The notes under the pieces are model-generated. The model ran no database searches. It had not been told where the DNA came from and saw nothing but the letters and a program-made list of their open reading frames with translations. A stretch of DNA of 64,000 bases from Phage NC-B. The position numbers and the translations under genes are program-made. The DNA is taken from sequence record MK310183; one strand, 5' to 3'. This document shows positions 28,919 to 37,135 of the stretch, in pieces. Each line of letters starts with the position of its first letter. Positions within the stretch are counted from its first letter, which is position 1.

Positions 28919-29170
28919 TTATGCACCAAAGTTAGGGAAAGGTTTCAGATTTTCAATAGACTTAGCAATACGCTTAGGAACATCCTTATCACGGAAGGAG
29001 ATGAACTTTCCATCAGGACCACGAAGGGCTACATTAGTACGAGCTGTTGTTTTGTTAAACTGAATCATCTCAACAGAGCTTGTAACATTTTCTACAGGAA
29101 AAGTATAGCTCTCAGTTGTGTTCAGAGAAGGGAGGAAATCAGTTACAGTGATGTAAGTTACTTTAGACAT
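28919..29170 (-). CDS. Hypothetical protein (tandem paralog)
   Basis: ATG at 29170 with AAGGT RBS (track GTG start lies in the terminator hairpin). Confidence 0.4.
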   Translation of the reverse strand: MSKVTYITVTDFLPSLNTTESYTFPVENVTSSVEMIQFNKTTARTNVALRGPDGKFISFRDKDVPKRIAKSIENLKPFPNFGA

Positions 29171-29196
29171 ATTTATTACCTTAGGTTCTATAAAAG

Positions 29197-29222
29197 AAAA
29201 GGCCACCCGAAATGGGTAGCCT
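29197..29222 (-). terminator. Rho-independent terminator
   Basis: Minus-strand GGCTACCC-ATTTC-GGGTGGCC hairpin followed by TTTTCTTTT. Confidence 0.5.
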
Positions 29223-29226
29223 TATA

Positions 29227-29541
29227 TCAACTTGAGCTTAAAGCTCCTTTGCGACCGCCTGCTGATTTTCCAGCACGATCTCCACTTTTGCCGCCGTTCG
29301 AGCGATTTCGAGAGACTGATTCAACACGTAAGTTACTTGACGCATTAGAACCTCCCGACTTGATTGATCGTTTGTGTCCAACATCTTTACCTCGGACAGC
29401 AGCTTTTCCATCGCGCTTTTCAACGATGCGACGTGCACGGTGGCGCTGAGCATCTCCGCTCTTGCTACCAACGCCGGTCTCACCCCTTGCGATTGCAGTT
29501 CTTCGTTCTTGTGCATAATCACGTTTCGCCTTATCGGTCAT
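29227..29541 (-). CDS. Highly basic Gly/Ser/Arg/Lys-rich protein (possible nucleic-acid binding)
   Basis: AAGGAG RBS before ATGATG; 104-105 aa; an alternative overlapping frame 29238-29522 also exists. Confidence 0.4.
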   Translation of the reverse strand: MTDKAKRDYAQERRTAIARGETGVGSKSGDAQRHRARRIVEKRDGKAAVRGKDVGHKRSIKSGGSNASSNLRVESVSRNRSNGGKSGDRAGKSAGGRKGALSSS

Positions 29542-29576
29542 CATAACTCCTTAATATATCAGTGTACACTAAGGAG

Positions 29577-29585
29577 TATACATTA
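29577..29585 (-). promoter_or_regulatory. Candidate phage-sigma promoter element TAATGTATA
   Basis: Minus-strand motif ~33 nt upstream of start at 29541-29544. Confidence 0.35.
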
Positions 29586-29588
29586 TGT

Positions 29589-30326
29589 TTATGATTTTTC
29601 AGATTCCATTGCTTTAACAATAGCTTTACAGAAACCTGAACGAACAATATCATCCGATTCGCCATCTACTAGAGCGGCAAATTCAAATAACTGGTGACGG
29701 TAGATGAAATCAGTAGCCCAATCAAGACCGCTCTCACCACGCATGTCGTGCTGGTTAGTGTCCCCCATACAGAACATCTGAGAGGTTTCACCAAGACGTG
29801 TCATGATTGAATATGCTTCATCAGGAGTAGTGTTCTGGAACTCATCAACAATCACGATAGCATCGTTGAACGAGCGACCACGTAGATATTCCAGAGGTAC
29901 GAACTCAATATTACCATTACCTACTTGACATTCGTAGAAACCTTTACCGTAGCGCTGAGTAATAACATCAACGATTGGCATTAGGTATGGTTCAAACTTC
30001 TCACGAAGCCCACCGGGAAGTAATCCAAGACTATTACCCATACCAACAGCAGGTCGGCTTAGGATAATCTTCTCAATCTTCCCACTCTTCAGAGCATCAA
30101 TCACTGTAGAAGTGATTACGAAGGTCTTACCACAACCAGCAGGAGCATCTGTGAATACAACCTGTTTGGTTTTAATTGCATCAAGCAGCTCACTCTGGAA
30201 TTGGTTCTGAGGTACTACCGGCTTAGCAAGAACTACTTCTTCAAATTCCCGCTTTCCTTTCTTGGTGACGAGAGCTTCACGACGTAATTCTCTCCGTGAT
30301 GCTTTCCGAGATTCTCTACGACTCAT
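29589..30326 (-). CDS. phoH: PhoH-like ATPase
   Basis: GGAGGT RBS; Walker A DAPAGCGKT, Walker B IVIVDEFQN, CMGDTNQ motif. Confidence 0.7.
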   Translation of the reverse strand: MSRRESRKASRRELRREALVTKKGKREFEEVVLAKPVVPQNQFQSELLDAIKTKQVVFTDAPAGCGKTFVITSTVIDALKSGKIEKIILSRPAVGMGNSLGLLPGGLREKFEPYLMPIVDVITQRYGKGFYECQVGNGNIEFVPLEYLRGRSFNDAIVIVDEFQNTTPDEAYSIMTRLGETSQMFCMGDTNQHDMRGESGLDWATDFIYRHQLFEFAALVDGESDDIVRSGFCKAIVKAMESEKS

Positions 30327-30504
30327 TTCCTACCTCCGTGTTCTTCATATAAGAAGCTACAGGATTTACACTCTGAGCAATGGATACCTATAACCTTAAT
30401 TTCGACAAACTTCTTATTCTTCCCTTTAGTCGGGGAGCCTTTGGCAAGCTCCCGTATTACTTTCGAGTCCAAATGGAGAAGAGTTGATTCACATTTAAAA
30501 CATT

Positions 30505-30825
30505 TCAGATTGATTTGTCCTTATGTAAACGGTATACTTCAGTAGCCATACAAGCTATACGCTCGTCATGAGGAAGATGCATACCAGTGGAGCCATTCCA
30601 TCCATTGAACTCTGAATCAAAGAATCCGATAGGCTCAGGATACATCTCTTGCAAAGTGGTTAAGTCATCGGCCACTTGTTGCCATTTGTCATCAGACCAG
30701 ATTGGGTCATCCAACCAATAATACAAATAGGAGTGGATAAGCATCTGTGTTCTGTATCGTTTAATCACTTCAGCAGGACTAATCTCGTTTCCGTTACCAG
30801 TCCTAAATGTATTATCGTTGATCAT
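30505..30825 (-). CDS. Small protein resembling NAD-dependent DNA ligase adenylation subdomain Ia
   Basis: HSYLYYWLDDPIWSDDKWQQVADDLTTLQEMYPE parallels LigA N-terminal H.YLY...D.P...D..YD.L...L..LE...PE. Confidence 0.35.
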   Translation of the reverse strand: MINDNTFRTGNGNEISPAEVIKRYRTQMLIHSYLYYWLDDPIWSDDKWQQVADDLTTLQEMYPEPIGFFDSEFNGWNGSTGMHLPHDERIACMATEVYRLHKDKSI

Positions 30826-31020
30826 TTAGATAACCTTGTGCTCGTAGATGCTGGGGTTGAAATAATGCAACCAGTTTATATATTGTTTCTGTTCAAGGTA
30901 GTGTCTGCAATCATGACAAAAAGCATGACCCAAACCTGTTTCCTCGTTCAGCTTGAAGTTGATAAGAAGCTTCTGCTTTTGACAGAAGCTACATGCTTTA
31001 GTGGGCTTCACGTAGTGCAT
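30826..31020 (-). CDS. Putative zinc-ribbon protein
   Basis: Two CxxC pairs (CSFC, CHDC); start ambiguous, track ORF extends to 31134 overlapping thyX. Confidence 0.25.
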   Translation of the reverse strand: MHYVKPTKACSFCQKQKLLINFKLNEETGLGHAFCHDCRHYLEQKQYINWLHYFNPSIYEHKVI

Positions 31021-31648
31021 CCCATGAGATTGGGAAAAGTTTACGAAGCTCTTCATCAACAGTTGATGCGAACACTCGTACTTCATACTGAGCATGGTCT
31101 GACAGCCGCTGACGACATAACTCTGACCAACCATACAAAGAGCCTGTCCACACCCATTCAGTGATCATGCCCTGAGGCAATACAAATCGAGCTTGCTCTG
31201 GAGCAATAAACTTAATTAATTCATCATACGACTCAAGAGCTGTTTCATATGCCCGATTAATCAGAACTAGTGCAGAGTTTTGTGCTCCTGTGGTGAGGAG
31301 ATTCCCCGCACCTGCATGGAGGTCCGAAGGTCTTTCAAAAATCTCTTTAGGGATGAAGAGTTCAACTGCTCCATCTTTATACCGCCGGGACATTTCGTTC
31401 CACGAGAATCCAACTTGATGCTTGCCCAGCTGTCTCGCAATTGCGATTGGCGCTTTGCATCGGAAGCTAATTGTCGGATGACGGAATGGTGTGACATGCT
31501 TTTCTCTGGCAAGGAACTTGATAAGGCGTTCATCTCGTTCATTTAACTCTCCTTCACGAGTAACCCCAAAAGAAACTCGAGCTGCATTAACAACAGATTT
31601 ATCAGAACCCATTGCTTCGATTAGTGTTGCTTGTAATTGTTCATTCAT
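30998..31648 (-). CDS. thyX: Flavin-dependent thymidylate synthase (ThyX-like)
   Basis: AAGGAAGAG RBS; ThyX-type motif RQLGKHQVGFSWNEMSRRY. Confidence 0.6.
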   Translation of the reverse strand: MNEQLQATLIEAMGSDKSVVNAARVSFGVTREGELNERDERLIKFLAREKHVTPFRHPTISFRCKAPIAIARQLGKHQVGFSWNEMSRRYKDGAVELFIPKEIFERPSDLHAGAGNLLTTGAQNSALVLINRAYETALESYDELIKFIAPEQARFVLPQGMITEWVWTGSLYGWSELCRQRLSDHAQYEVRVFASTVDEELRKLFPISWDALREAH

Positions 31649-31662
31649 CCTTGAACTCTTCC

Positions 31663-31878
31663 TTAATAATGAATCTTTTTATAAACCATATTGCTTCCGC
31701 CTTCTGTTTCAATCCCTTTCTGAATTGTAATCTTAGAAGCGCCAGTGTTAGCAATTTTCAAAGCTCGCTTAAATCTGCGAGCCTCTTTCCGTGTGGAGTA
31801 TGTTGAGAAGCTAGGGATTGTACTATCAAAATTAAACCACTTAACTACCCAAAAAGTAATCCAAGGTTTCTTTGCCAT
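31663..31878 (-). CDS. Hypothetical small basic protein (paralog family with 33745-33957 and 33957-34157)
   Basis: 71 aa; shares TRKEARRFK...G and C-terminal ..HY with the two paralogs. Confidence 0.4.
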   Translation of the reverse strand: MAKKPWITFWVVKWFNFDSTIPSFSTYSTRKEARRFKRALKIANTGASKITIQKGIETEGGSNMVYKKIHY

Positions 31879-31879
31879 A

Positions 31880-32155
31880 TTACTTACCTTTCAGAGCCGT
31901 GTCTAAAAATGCACGGAGATTAGATTCAGTTTGCATACCTGACAAGCTGTAGTGAGCACCACTATTCTTATCAGGGACTACAAAGGCTGGGATACTGCGA
32001 ACACCGTATTCAATAGCTCGCTCTCGACCATCACCTTCAGAGATGTTTACCTCTTCAACTTCAACGTTGTAATCAGCCACAACCTTCTTAAACACAGGAG
32101 CCATAGCTGCACACGGAGCACATGAATTACTATAAAACTTAATTACTTTACTCAT
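31880..32155 (-). CDS. Thioredoxin-fold redoxin
   Basis: ATG at 32155 with AAGGA RBS; CAPC active-site motif in FYSNSCAPCAAMAP; 91 aa. Confidence 0.55.
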   Translation of the reverse strand: MSKVIKFYSNSCAPCAAMAPVFKKVVADYNVEVEEVNISEGDGRERAIEYGVRSIPAFVVPDKNSGAHYSLSGMQTESNLRAFLDTALKGK

Positions 32156-32345
32156 TCTATTCCTTGTTAATAAACAGGTTGATATGACGCTGGGTAGCAG
32201 GAACAACAATAAAAGATTTATACTGACCTTTTGCTAAGTCATGAGCAATCTTCTTTGTCTGACCAAGACCCATCACACAGCCACTAACGATAATGGCATG
32301 TGCTTGTAATTCTTCAGGTAGGTTTAGTTTCACTCTTTGGATTCC

Positions 32346-32531
32346 TTATAGCATACAAAGAATAATAACAAGAGGTAGTGTTATAGCAAAATGTACCAGA
32401 ACAACACTACCTAGCTTGATAGCTTTAACATCCTCTTCTGCTGGGTTTTCTTTAATTGCTAAATTTCGAGCTTTATATATAACAGTACCAACTATTAACG
32501 ACCACACGGCCCACACAATCAGTGAAATCAT
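32346..32531 (-). CDS. Small two-TM membrane protein (tandem paralog)
   Basis: 61 aa, two hydrophobic helices; paralogous to 32541-32762. Confidence 0.4.
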   Translation of the reverse strand: MISLIVWAVWSLIVGTVIYKARNLAIKENPAEEDVKAIKLGSVVLVHFAITLPLVIILCML

Positions 32532-32540
32532 GTCAAACCC

Positions 32541-32762
32541 TTATGCAGTCAACAGGTGGAGAAGGAAAGGAATGACAACAGAGAAAACTACCAGAGCAAT
32601 GCTACCATGTTTAATAGGTTTGGCATCATTTGGATTTTCTTTAAGCATCTGTTTCTGAGCCAGATAAACGATACCACCAACAAGAATTGCCCATACAGAC
32701 CACACGATTGCTGAAAACATATTCATATCCTTATAAAGAAGTTCGCCCCACCTCTTAAACAA
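32541..32762 (-). CDS. Small two-TM membrane protein (tandem paralog)
   Basis: 73 aa; shares IVW.VW.L.VG..IY.A......KENP......IK.GS..LV with 32346-32531. Confidence 0.4.
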   Translation of the reverse strand: MFKRWGELLYKDMNMFSAIVWSVWAILVGGIVYLAQKQMLKENPNDAKPIKHGSIALVVFSVVIPFLLHLLTA

Positions 32763-32783
32763 AGAGACAGGGCGGAGGTTTGA

Positions 32784-33359
32784 TTAGTAAGACACGTCAC
32801 CACTGGAGTGGGACATGTTGCTCTTGACGAAGTAACAGAACTTGCCAAGACCTTCATTAATTTCTTGAAGCATACTCTGATCAACTGGATAGGTGCACAA
32901 GTCTGAATCAAACTCGTCCATCTTCTCAATGATACACATAAGAGTCATGCACATGTCGGAAAGCATACCGTCCATGTCGAGATCAGCGTTACCTTCTCGG
33001 AACCAAGCATGACCTAAATAGTTACTAGCAGTAGCATCCACTTTAACACAGTGAAAGCGCATACGCTCTGCTATTCGGTCGCCTGCCTCACGAGCATAAT
33101 CTTCTAGTTCATCGAACATACCATGAACACCTTGGAAACCAGCTCCAGAGACGTTCCAGTGGTAGTTCTTTGCTTTGATGTGTAGAAGTTCAAGGTTAGC
33201 TTGCACACCACACAAGATGTGTTCTAAGCTGTTACCACTAATCAGTTTATTCATTCCCTCAAGACGAGAAATAGAAGAGTCAGTAGTAGAGAATGGGTTG
33301 CTAGGACCCACTCTTGTTAGCTCTGGTAAATCGAAGACATTATTATGCATTAGGTGCAT
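32784..33359 (-). CDS. dps: Dps/ferritin-like protein
   Basis: Motif KNYHWNVSGAGFQGVHGMFDELEDYAREAGDRIAERM matches Dps ferroxidase-site region; start may be ATG at 33350. Confidence 0.5.
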   Translation of the reverse strand: MHLMHNNVFDLPELTRVGPSNPFSTTDSSISRLEGMNKLISGNSLEHILCGVQANLELLHIKAKNYHWNVSGAGFQGVHGMFDELEDYAREAGDRIAERMRFHCVKVDATASNYLGHAWFREGNADLDMDGMLSDMCMTLMCIIEKMDEFDSDLCTYPVDQSMLQEINEGLGKFCYFVKSNMSHSSGDVSY

Positions 33360-33672
33360 CCCCTTCTAAGTTAGTTGAATTAGCTACATTACGAGCAATG
33401 TTATCCATGACCTGCTGTGTGATAACAATGCAATTCTGAGGGTCTACTGATTTAGAACGCCCCATTTCAGGGTCATAGACTTTGACTCGCTTGGCTGTTG
33501 AGCCAGTAACTTGCAACACTTTGAGAAGATAACCTTGATTTCCAATAGACCATGCAACAACATCACGATTCTTGATATAACGACCAAGCATATCCCGATG
33601 ATAGAACTGCTGCATAACTTTAGCTTTGCTAATCTCTTCAGATGGCGGAGCCACTTTACTCAAATCTAACAT
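33343..33672 (-). CDS. Hypothetical protein
   Basis: AGGAGAG RBS; 109 aa. Confidence 0.45.
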   Translation of the reverse strand: MLDLSKVAPPSEEISKAKVMQQFYHRDMLGRYIKNRDVVAWSIGNQGYLLKVLQVTGSTAKRVKVYDPEMGRSKSVDPQNCIVITQQVMDNIARNVANSTNLEGDAPNA

Positions 33673-33711
33673 TTCACTCTCTCCTGTTTAACACAATATT
33701 CTTATACTGTA

Positions 33712-33720
33712 TATACATTT
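33712..33720 (-). promoter_or_regulatory. Candidate promoter element (variant AAATGTATA)
   Basis: Minus-strand motif ~40 nt upstream of start 33672. Confidence 0.3.
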
Positions 33721-33744
33721 GAGAGTGATCATATCTACTACCAA

Positions 33745-33957
33745 TCAGTAGTAAACATATCCAGAGATATATGAGCCTTTATCCCCACTAAACTCAAACC
33801 ATCGATGCATGTCAGCACGTTTAACCGTACCGACTAGAGCTTTCATATTCTTCTTAGCAATACGAGCCTCTTTACGAGTGTTAAACAGTTTGATACTATC
33901 TTTACCTAGATGGACACCATCTTCCCAAACAACACGAACAGCCCACATCTTTTTCAT
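33745..33957 (-). CDS. Hypothetical small basic protein (paralog family)
   Basis: 70 aa; MKKMWAVRVVW...RKEARIAKK...GYVYY. Confidence 0.4.
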   Translation of the reverse strand: MKKMWAVRVVWEDGVHLGKDSIKLFNTRKEARIAKKNMKALVGTVKRADMHRWFEFSGDKGSYISGYVYY

Positions 33958-34157
33958 TAGTAATGTACCTTTCCGCTGATATAAATACGGCCTGAGGTAT
34001 ACTCATAGCCCTTGAGAATCTTAACAGAGATAAGATATCCAGTGTGTAATTCACTGAATGATTTCTTAAGCCTACGTGCATCTTCTCGTGTTTTCTGGTA
34101 GGTCATGGTCACACCCCCACTTGTCCACTCTGTCTTAACTAACCAAATTCTTTTCAT
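33957..34157 (-). CDS. Hypothetical small basic protein (paralog family)
   Basis: ATG at 34157 chosen by alignment with paralogs; track start 34172. Confidence 0.4.
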   Translation of the reverse strand: MKRIWLVKTEWTSGGVTMTYQKTREDARRLKKSFSELHTGYLISVKILKGYEYTSGRIYISGKVHY

Positions 34158-34172
34158 AAGACCTGCTCTCAT

Positions 34173-34706
34173 TTAGACACCCTTAGAAGCAACTACACCT
34201 TCGCTACCATTATAGCGACCCTTAACTGCATAGGAATGTTCACCAGCATGTGAATGCTCAAACATCACCATCTGACCAACACGCATACCAGCACGAACTC
34301 GTAAGCTGTGGTGCTTGGTTACGTTATGAAATTCGAATGTCAGCTTGCTGTTGTTAAACCCAGCGTCTGCCCAACCAGCATGTAAATGGTTCAGGCCACA
34401 ACGAGCCATCGAAGATCGCAAAACAAACAAACTGGAGATGTTATCTGGAAGGTTGAACTCTTCCATTGAGTGAGCCAAGAAGAATTGTCCCGGAGTGATG
34501 ATAATACCATCTTCAGGGATTTTTACTTCTTTCCACTTGAGGTTTTCTTTAGCATCAATGTCAACAATACCATCAGCCTGTTCTTCAACAAGGATAGTAT
34601 CACCAATGCGGATATCCACGCTAGCAGCGTTAACATATTTATGCTCCGCATCTAAAAAGCCATTATCAATAACGCTGTGTAATTCTTGAGAACCTAAAAG
34701 ACTCAT
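34173..34706 (-). CDS. dcd: dCTP deaminase / dUTPase-family enzyme
   Basis: Motifs ASVDIRIGD and GWADAGF consistent with dCTP deaminase family; ATGA overlap with upstream gene. Confidence 0.55.
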   Translation of the reverse strand: MSLLGSQELHSVIDNGFLDAEHKYVNAASVDIRIGDTILVEEQADGIVDIDAKENLKWKEVKIPEDGIIITPGQFFLAHSMEEFNLPDNISSLFVLRSSMARCGLNHLHAGWADAGFNNSKLTFEFHNVTKHHSLRVRAGMRVGQMVMFEHSHAGEHSYAVKGRYNGSEGVVASKGV

Positions 34707-36148
34707 GAGTTTCTGTTTCCTTGTACGGATGATGCCAAATTATTAATCATGTTGCGAGCTGTTTCACGAGATAGTGTAACACCTGCTAAGTTGTTACGAA
34801 GCTCACCAGATAGTTCACGAGCAGTAGCTCGAAGTTCTGCACCAAGTGCAGTGTCAGAGTGAGCCAGACCGTTACGACGACCAACAGGTCGAGGAGCTTC
34901 GTTAGCGTCATTAGCTAATGATGCAAAACCAATATGAGCAGCTTCACGAGCCGCTATAGCTGATACTCGATCTTCTGTAGGGGTTGGTAAATCACCAACG
35001 TCTACACGTTCGATATCACTAGCACGAATTCCACCAACAACAGATCTTACTGTTTCCCATGAACGACGAGAACGCTGCAAATCATCCATTGATGGAGAAG
35101 AAACAGGACGAGCAGTTCCCCCTGAGACATGCCATGTATGGTTGTGGGTGTCCGTCCCGGAAGAGCGTGAACTAACACGTAAGTCACCGGTAAAAGTTTC
35201 ACGAGGTGCCACTGTAGAAGGAGCTGCGAATCTTGCCTGTTGCCAAGAATCACGTCTGTTGGTTCCCGGAGTCCAAGGCTGCGTGATTGCTTCAGCACCT
35301 ATAGTGGTTAATCCGCTAGACCATTCTGTCTGTAGATTAACTTCCTCGTCCAGATAACTACGACCCCTTTCCTGAGGAATGTTTAATATAGTTTCCATCA
35401 TCTTCAGGGTATAATGACGACGCTGATTCTGATATAAATTTACACCAGCCATAGGTCCAACTAAATCACTAATCAGGTGAACTTCTGGCTCACCGAAAGC
35501 TCCCATTGCAAGGTGCATATATTCAGTAGAACTGCTATAAACTGCAACAGTTGCTTCAGGCCACTTCTTGTGAACATACTTCATTTCACGACTAGATACC
35601 ACAGGAATGTCACGAGTGTATGACATTGCAAACAAACCTTCGTTTGACACATACAGATTACCAAGAGTCATAAACCCTTGACAGATCATAGGGAAGCGAC
35701 GGCTTAAAGTGTCCATATCCAAAGGTAGATTAATCATCATCTGGATTTTAACTTGATCAATCTCAATTTCCAGAATCTCTTGGAAAGTGAAAAGCGCTTC
35801 AGCATAAGTTGTCCCGTTAACAGGTTGAACTAGTCGAGATGTTACTTGAAGTCCCTTACTCTCTGTCCAAGACAAGAAGTTGTCGAGGAACAGTGCAGCA
35901 TTGCCTACGTTAGCAGGGCTATTTTCCTGACGAGTGTTCCAACGAAGACCGCCTTGAACTAGGAAGATATCAACATCATTCGGAGTTCTATTTTGGAAGA
36001 ACGTATCACGGATAGCACCACCTGCAATAACAGGATAGATGCCATCAGGGACTACGTTATCTCTGATCAAATTACGAATCAGGTCAAGCCCTACACTGAG
36101 GGCTTCTCCTTCTTGAAGGTTCAATTCAGACAATGGAATCTTAATCAT
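34703..36148 (-). CDS. Pol-beta-superfamily nucleotidyltransferase (CCA-adding enzyme/poly(A) polymerase-like head) with Arg/Ser-rich low-complexity C-terminal half
   Basis: N-terminal VIAGGAIRD...PNDVDIF matches GG.VRD...D.DI head motif of class II tRNA nucleotidyltransferases; 481 aa. Confidence 0.45.
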   Translation of the reverse strand: MIKIPLSELNLQEGEALSVGLDLIRNLIRDNVVPDGIYPVIAGGAIRDTFFQNRTPNDVDIFLVQGGLRWNTRQENSPANVGNAALFLDNFLSWTESKGLQVTSRLVQPVNGTTYAEALFTFQEILEIEIDQVKIQMMINLPLDMDTLSRRFPMICQGFMTLGNLYVSNEGLFAMSYTRDIPVVSSREMKYVHKKWPEATVAVYSSSTEYMHLAMGAFGEPEVHLISDLVGPMAGVNLYQNQRRHYTLKMMETILNIPQERGRSYLDEEVNLQTEWSSGLTTIGAEAITQPWTPGTNRRDSWQQARFAAPSTVAPRETFTGDLRVSSRSSGTDTHNHTWHVSGGTARPVSSPSMDDLQRSRRSWETVRSVVGGIRASDIERVDVGDLPTPTEDRVSAIAAREAAHIGFASLANDANEAPRPVGRRNGLAHSDTALGAELRATARELSGELRNNLAGVTLSRETARNMINNLASSVQGNRNS

Positions 36149-36150
36149 TT

Positions 36151-36699
36151 CTACATTTTCCAGTTGAGAGATGGGGGATTTCTATAATCAAATCCTGCCA
36201 TTTGGCAAAGACACATGTAAACCTTAACTGTTAAGTTAACGTCTTGCTCACAATACGTGAACATGTCTTCAGTGAAAGCATCCCATGCTTCTTCCTGTTC
36301 ACCATAGTCACCCTTCAGCTCTCCCAGAAATTCGCCCCATTGCTTGAGGCCATGACCGCGAGGGCCATGTCTAGGGTCGCCTTTGGGGTATTCTGGACTG
36401 TCACCAATACGGTCAGGCTTGAGGTATCGACTCAGGCACAGGGTATCAAAGACATTAAAACGAAAAGGTATCACATGAGAGTAGAATTTAAAGAGAGCAC
36501 ATAAATCATAATCAATGATGTTATGTCCAATCACAACATCAGCCTCTTTGAGTTTATAAAGAGCATCCTCAATCTCATGTGGTCTAAACCCCCAACGCTC
36601 TCCTGAGAGAACATCAAAAATCCAAACACACCAGATATCAGAGACTTCTTCATACAACCCGTTGGCTTCTATGTCAAAAGCGTAAAGTTTCTTATCCAT
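36151..36699 (-). CDS. 3'-5' proofreading exonuclease, T7 DNA polymerase N-terminal domain-like, as a separate gene
   Basis: ATG at 36699 coupled (ATGGATAA) to EndoVII stop; Exo motifs [32 protein letters not shown] parallel T7 gp5 residues 1-190. Confidence 0.7.
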   Translation of the reverse strand: MDKKLYAFDIEANGLYEEVSDIWCVWIFDVLSGERWGFRPHEIEDALYKLKEADVVIGHNIIDYDLCALFKFYSHVIPFRFNVFDTLCLSRYLKPDRIGDSPEYPKGDPRHGPRGHGLKQWGEFLGELKGDYGEQEEAWDAFTEDMFTYCEQDVNLTVKVYMCLCQMAGFDYRNPPSLNWKM

Positions 36700-37135
36700 A
36701 AGATTTTTCCAGATACCGCAAGGCGGAGCGTATAATCTCAAGGTCATCTTTTAAATAACCTATCCCTGAATTGCACGATCTGCATAGGATTCCTCTAACA
36801 ACACCTGTTTCGTGACAATGGTCCACACAAGCAATTTTACTTATGTTTTTCATTTCATCCGAGATGCTTAACTCTTTGCCGCAAATAGCACAAGAGTTAT
36901 CCTGAGAACCCAATAGAGCTTTGACGTCATCAAGACTTAAACCATATTGCTTCAGTGAGTTTTTCCTAGAAGCTTTTCGGTGAATCTCTTTAACACCCTC
37001 TATATTGTGATATCTGAACATAGTCCTGTCATTCATGCAGACTTTACAAGAAGACCTATACCTGCCAGACTCAGACCTCTTATAGAAAGCGTCTAGGGGT
37101 TTTTCAACCCCACACTTACTACAGGTTTTTACCAA
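36692..37135 (-). CDS. Endonuclease VII-type (His-Me finger) junction-resolving nuclease
   Basis: CSKCG...C..C...CAICG...[17 protein letters not shown] motif pattern as in T4 gp49. Confidence 0.6.
   Translation of the reverse strand: MVKTCSKCGVEKPLDAFYKRSESGRYRSSCKVCMNDRTMFRYHNIEGVKEIHRKASRKNSLKQYGLSLDDVKALLGSQDNSCAICGKELSISDEMKNISKIACVDHCHETGVVRGILCRSCNSGIGYLKDDLEIIRSALRYLEKSYG

Noticed and set aside
29238-29522. Alternative 94-aa frame overlapping the basic-protein gene
   Set aside because: Weaker RBS (AAGGCG) than the overlapping frame; kept as an alternative only.
30676-31164. Plus-strand 162-aa ORF
   Set aside because: Antisense to thyX and neighbouring minus-strand genes in a block that is otherwise entirely minus-strand; no RBS.
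35047-35357. Track ORFs 35047-35298 (-) and 35142-35357 (+)
   Set aside because: Nested in or antisense to the nucleotidyltransferase gene.
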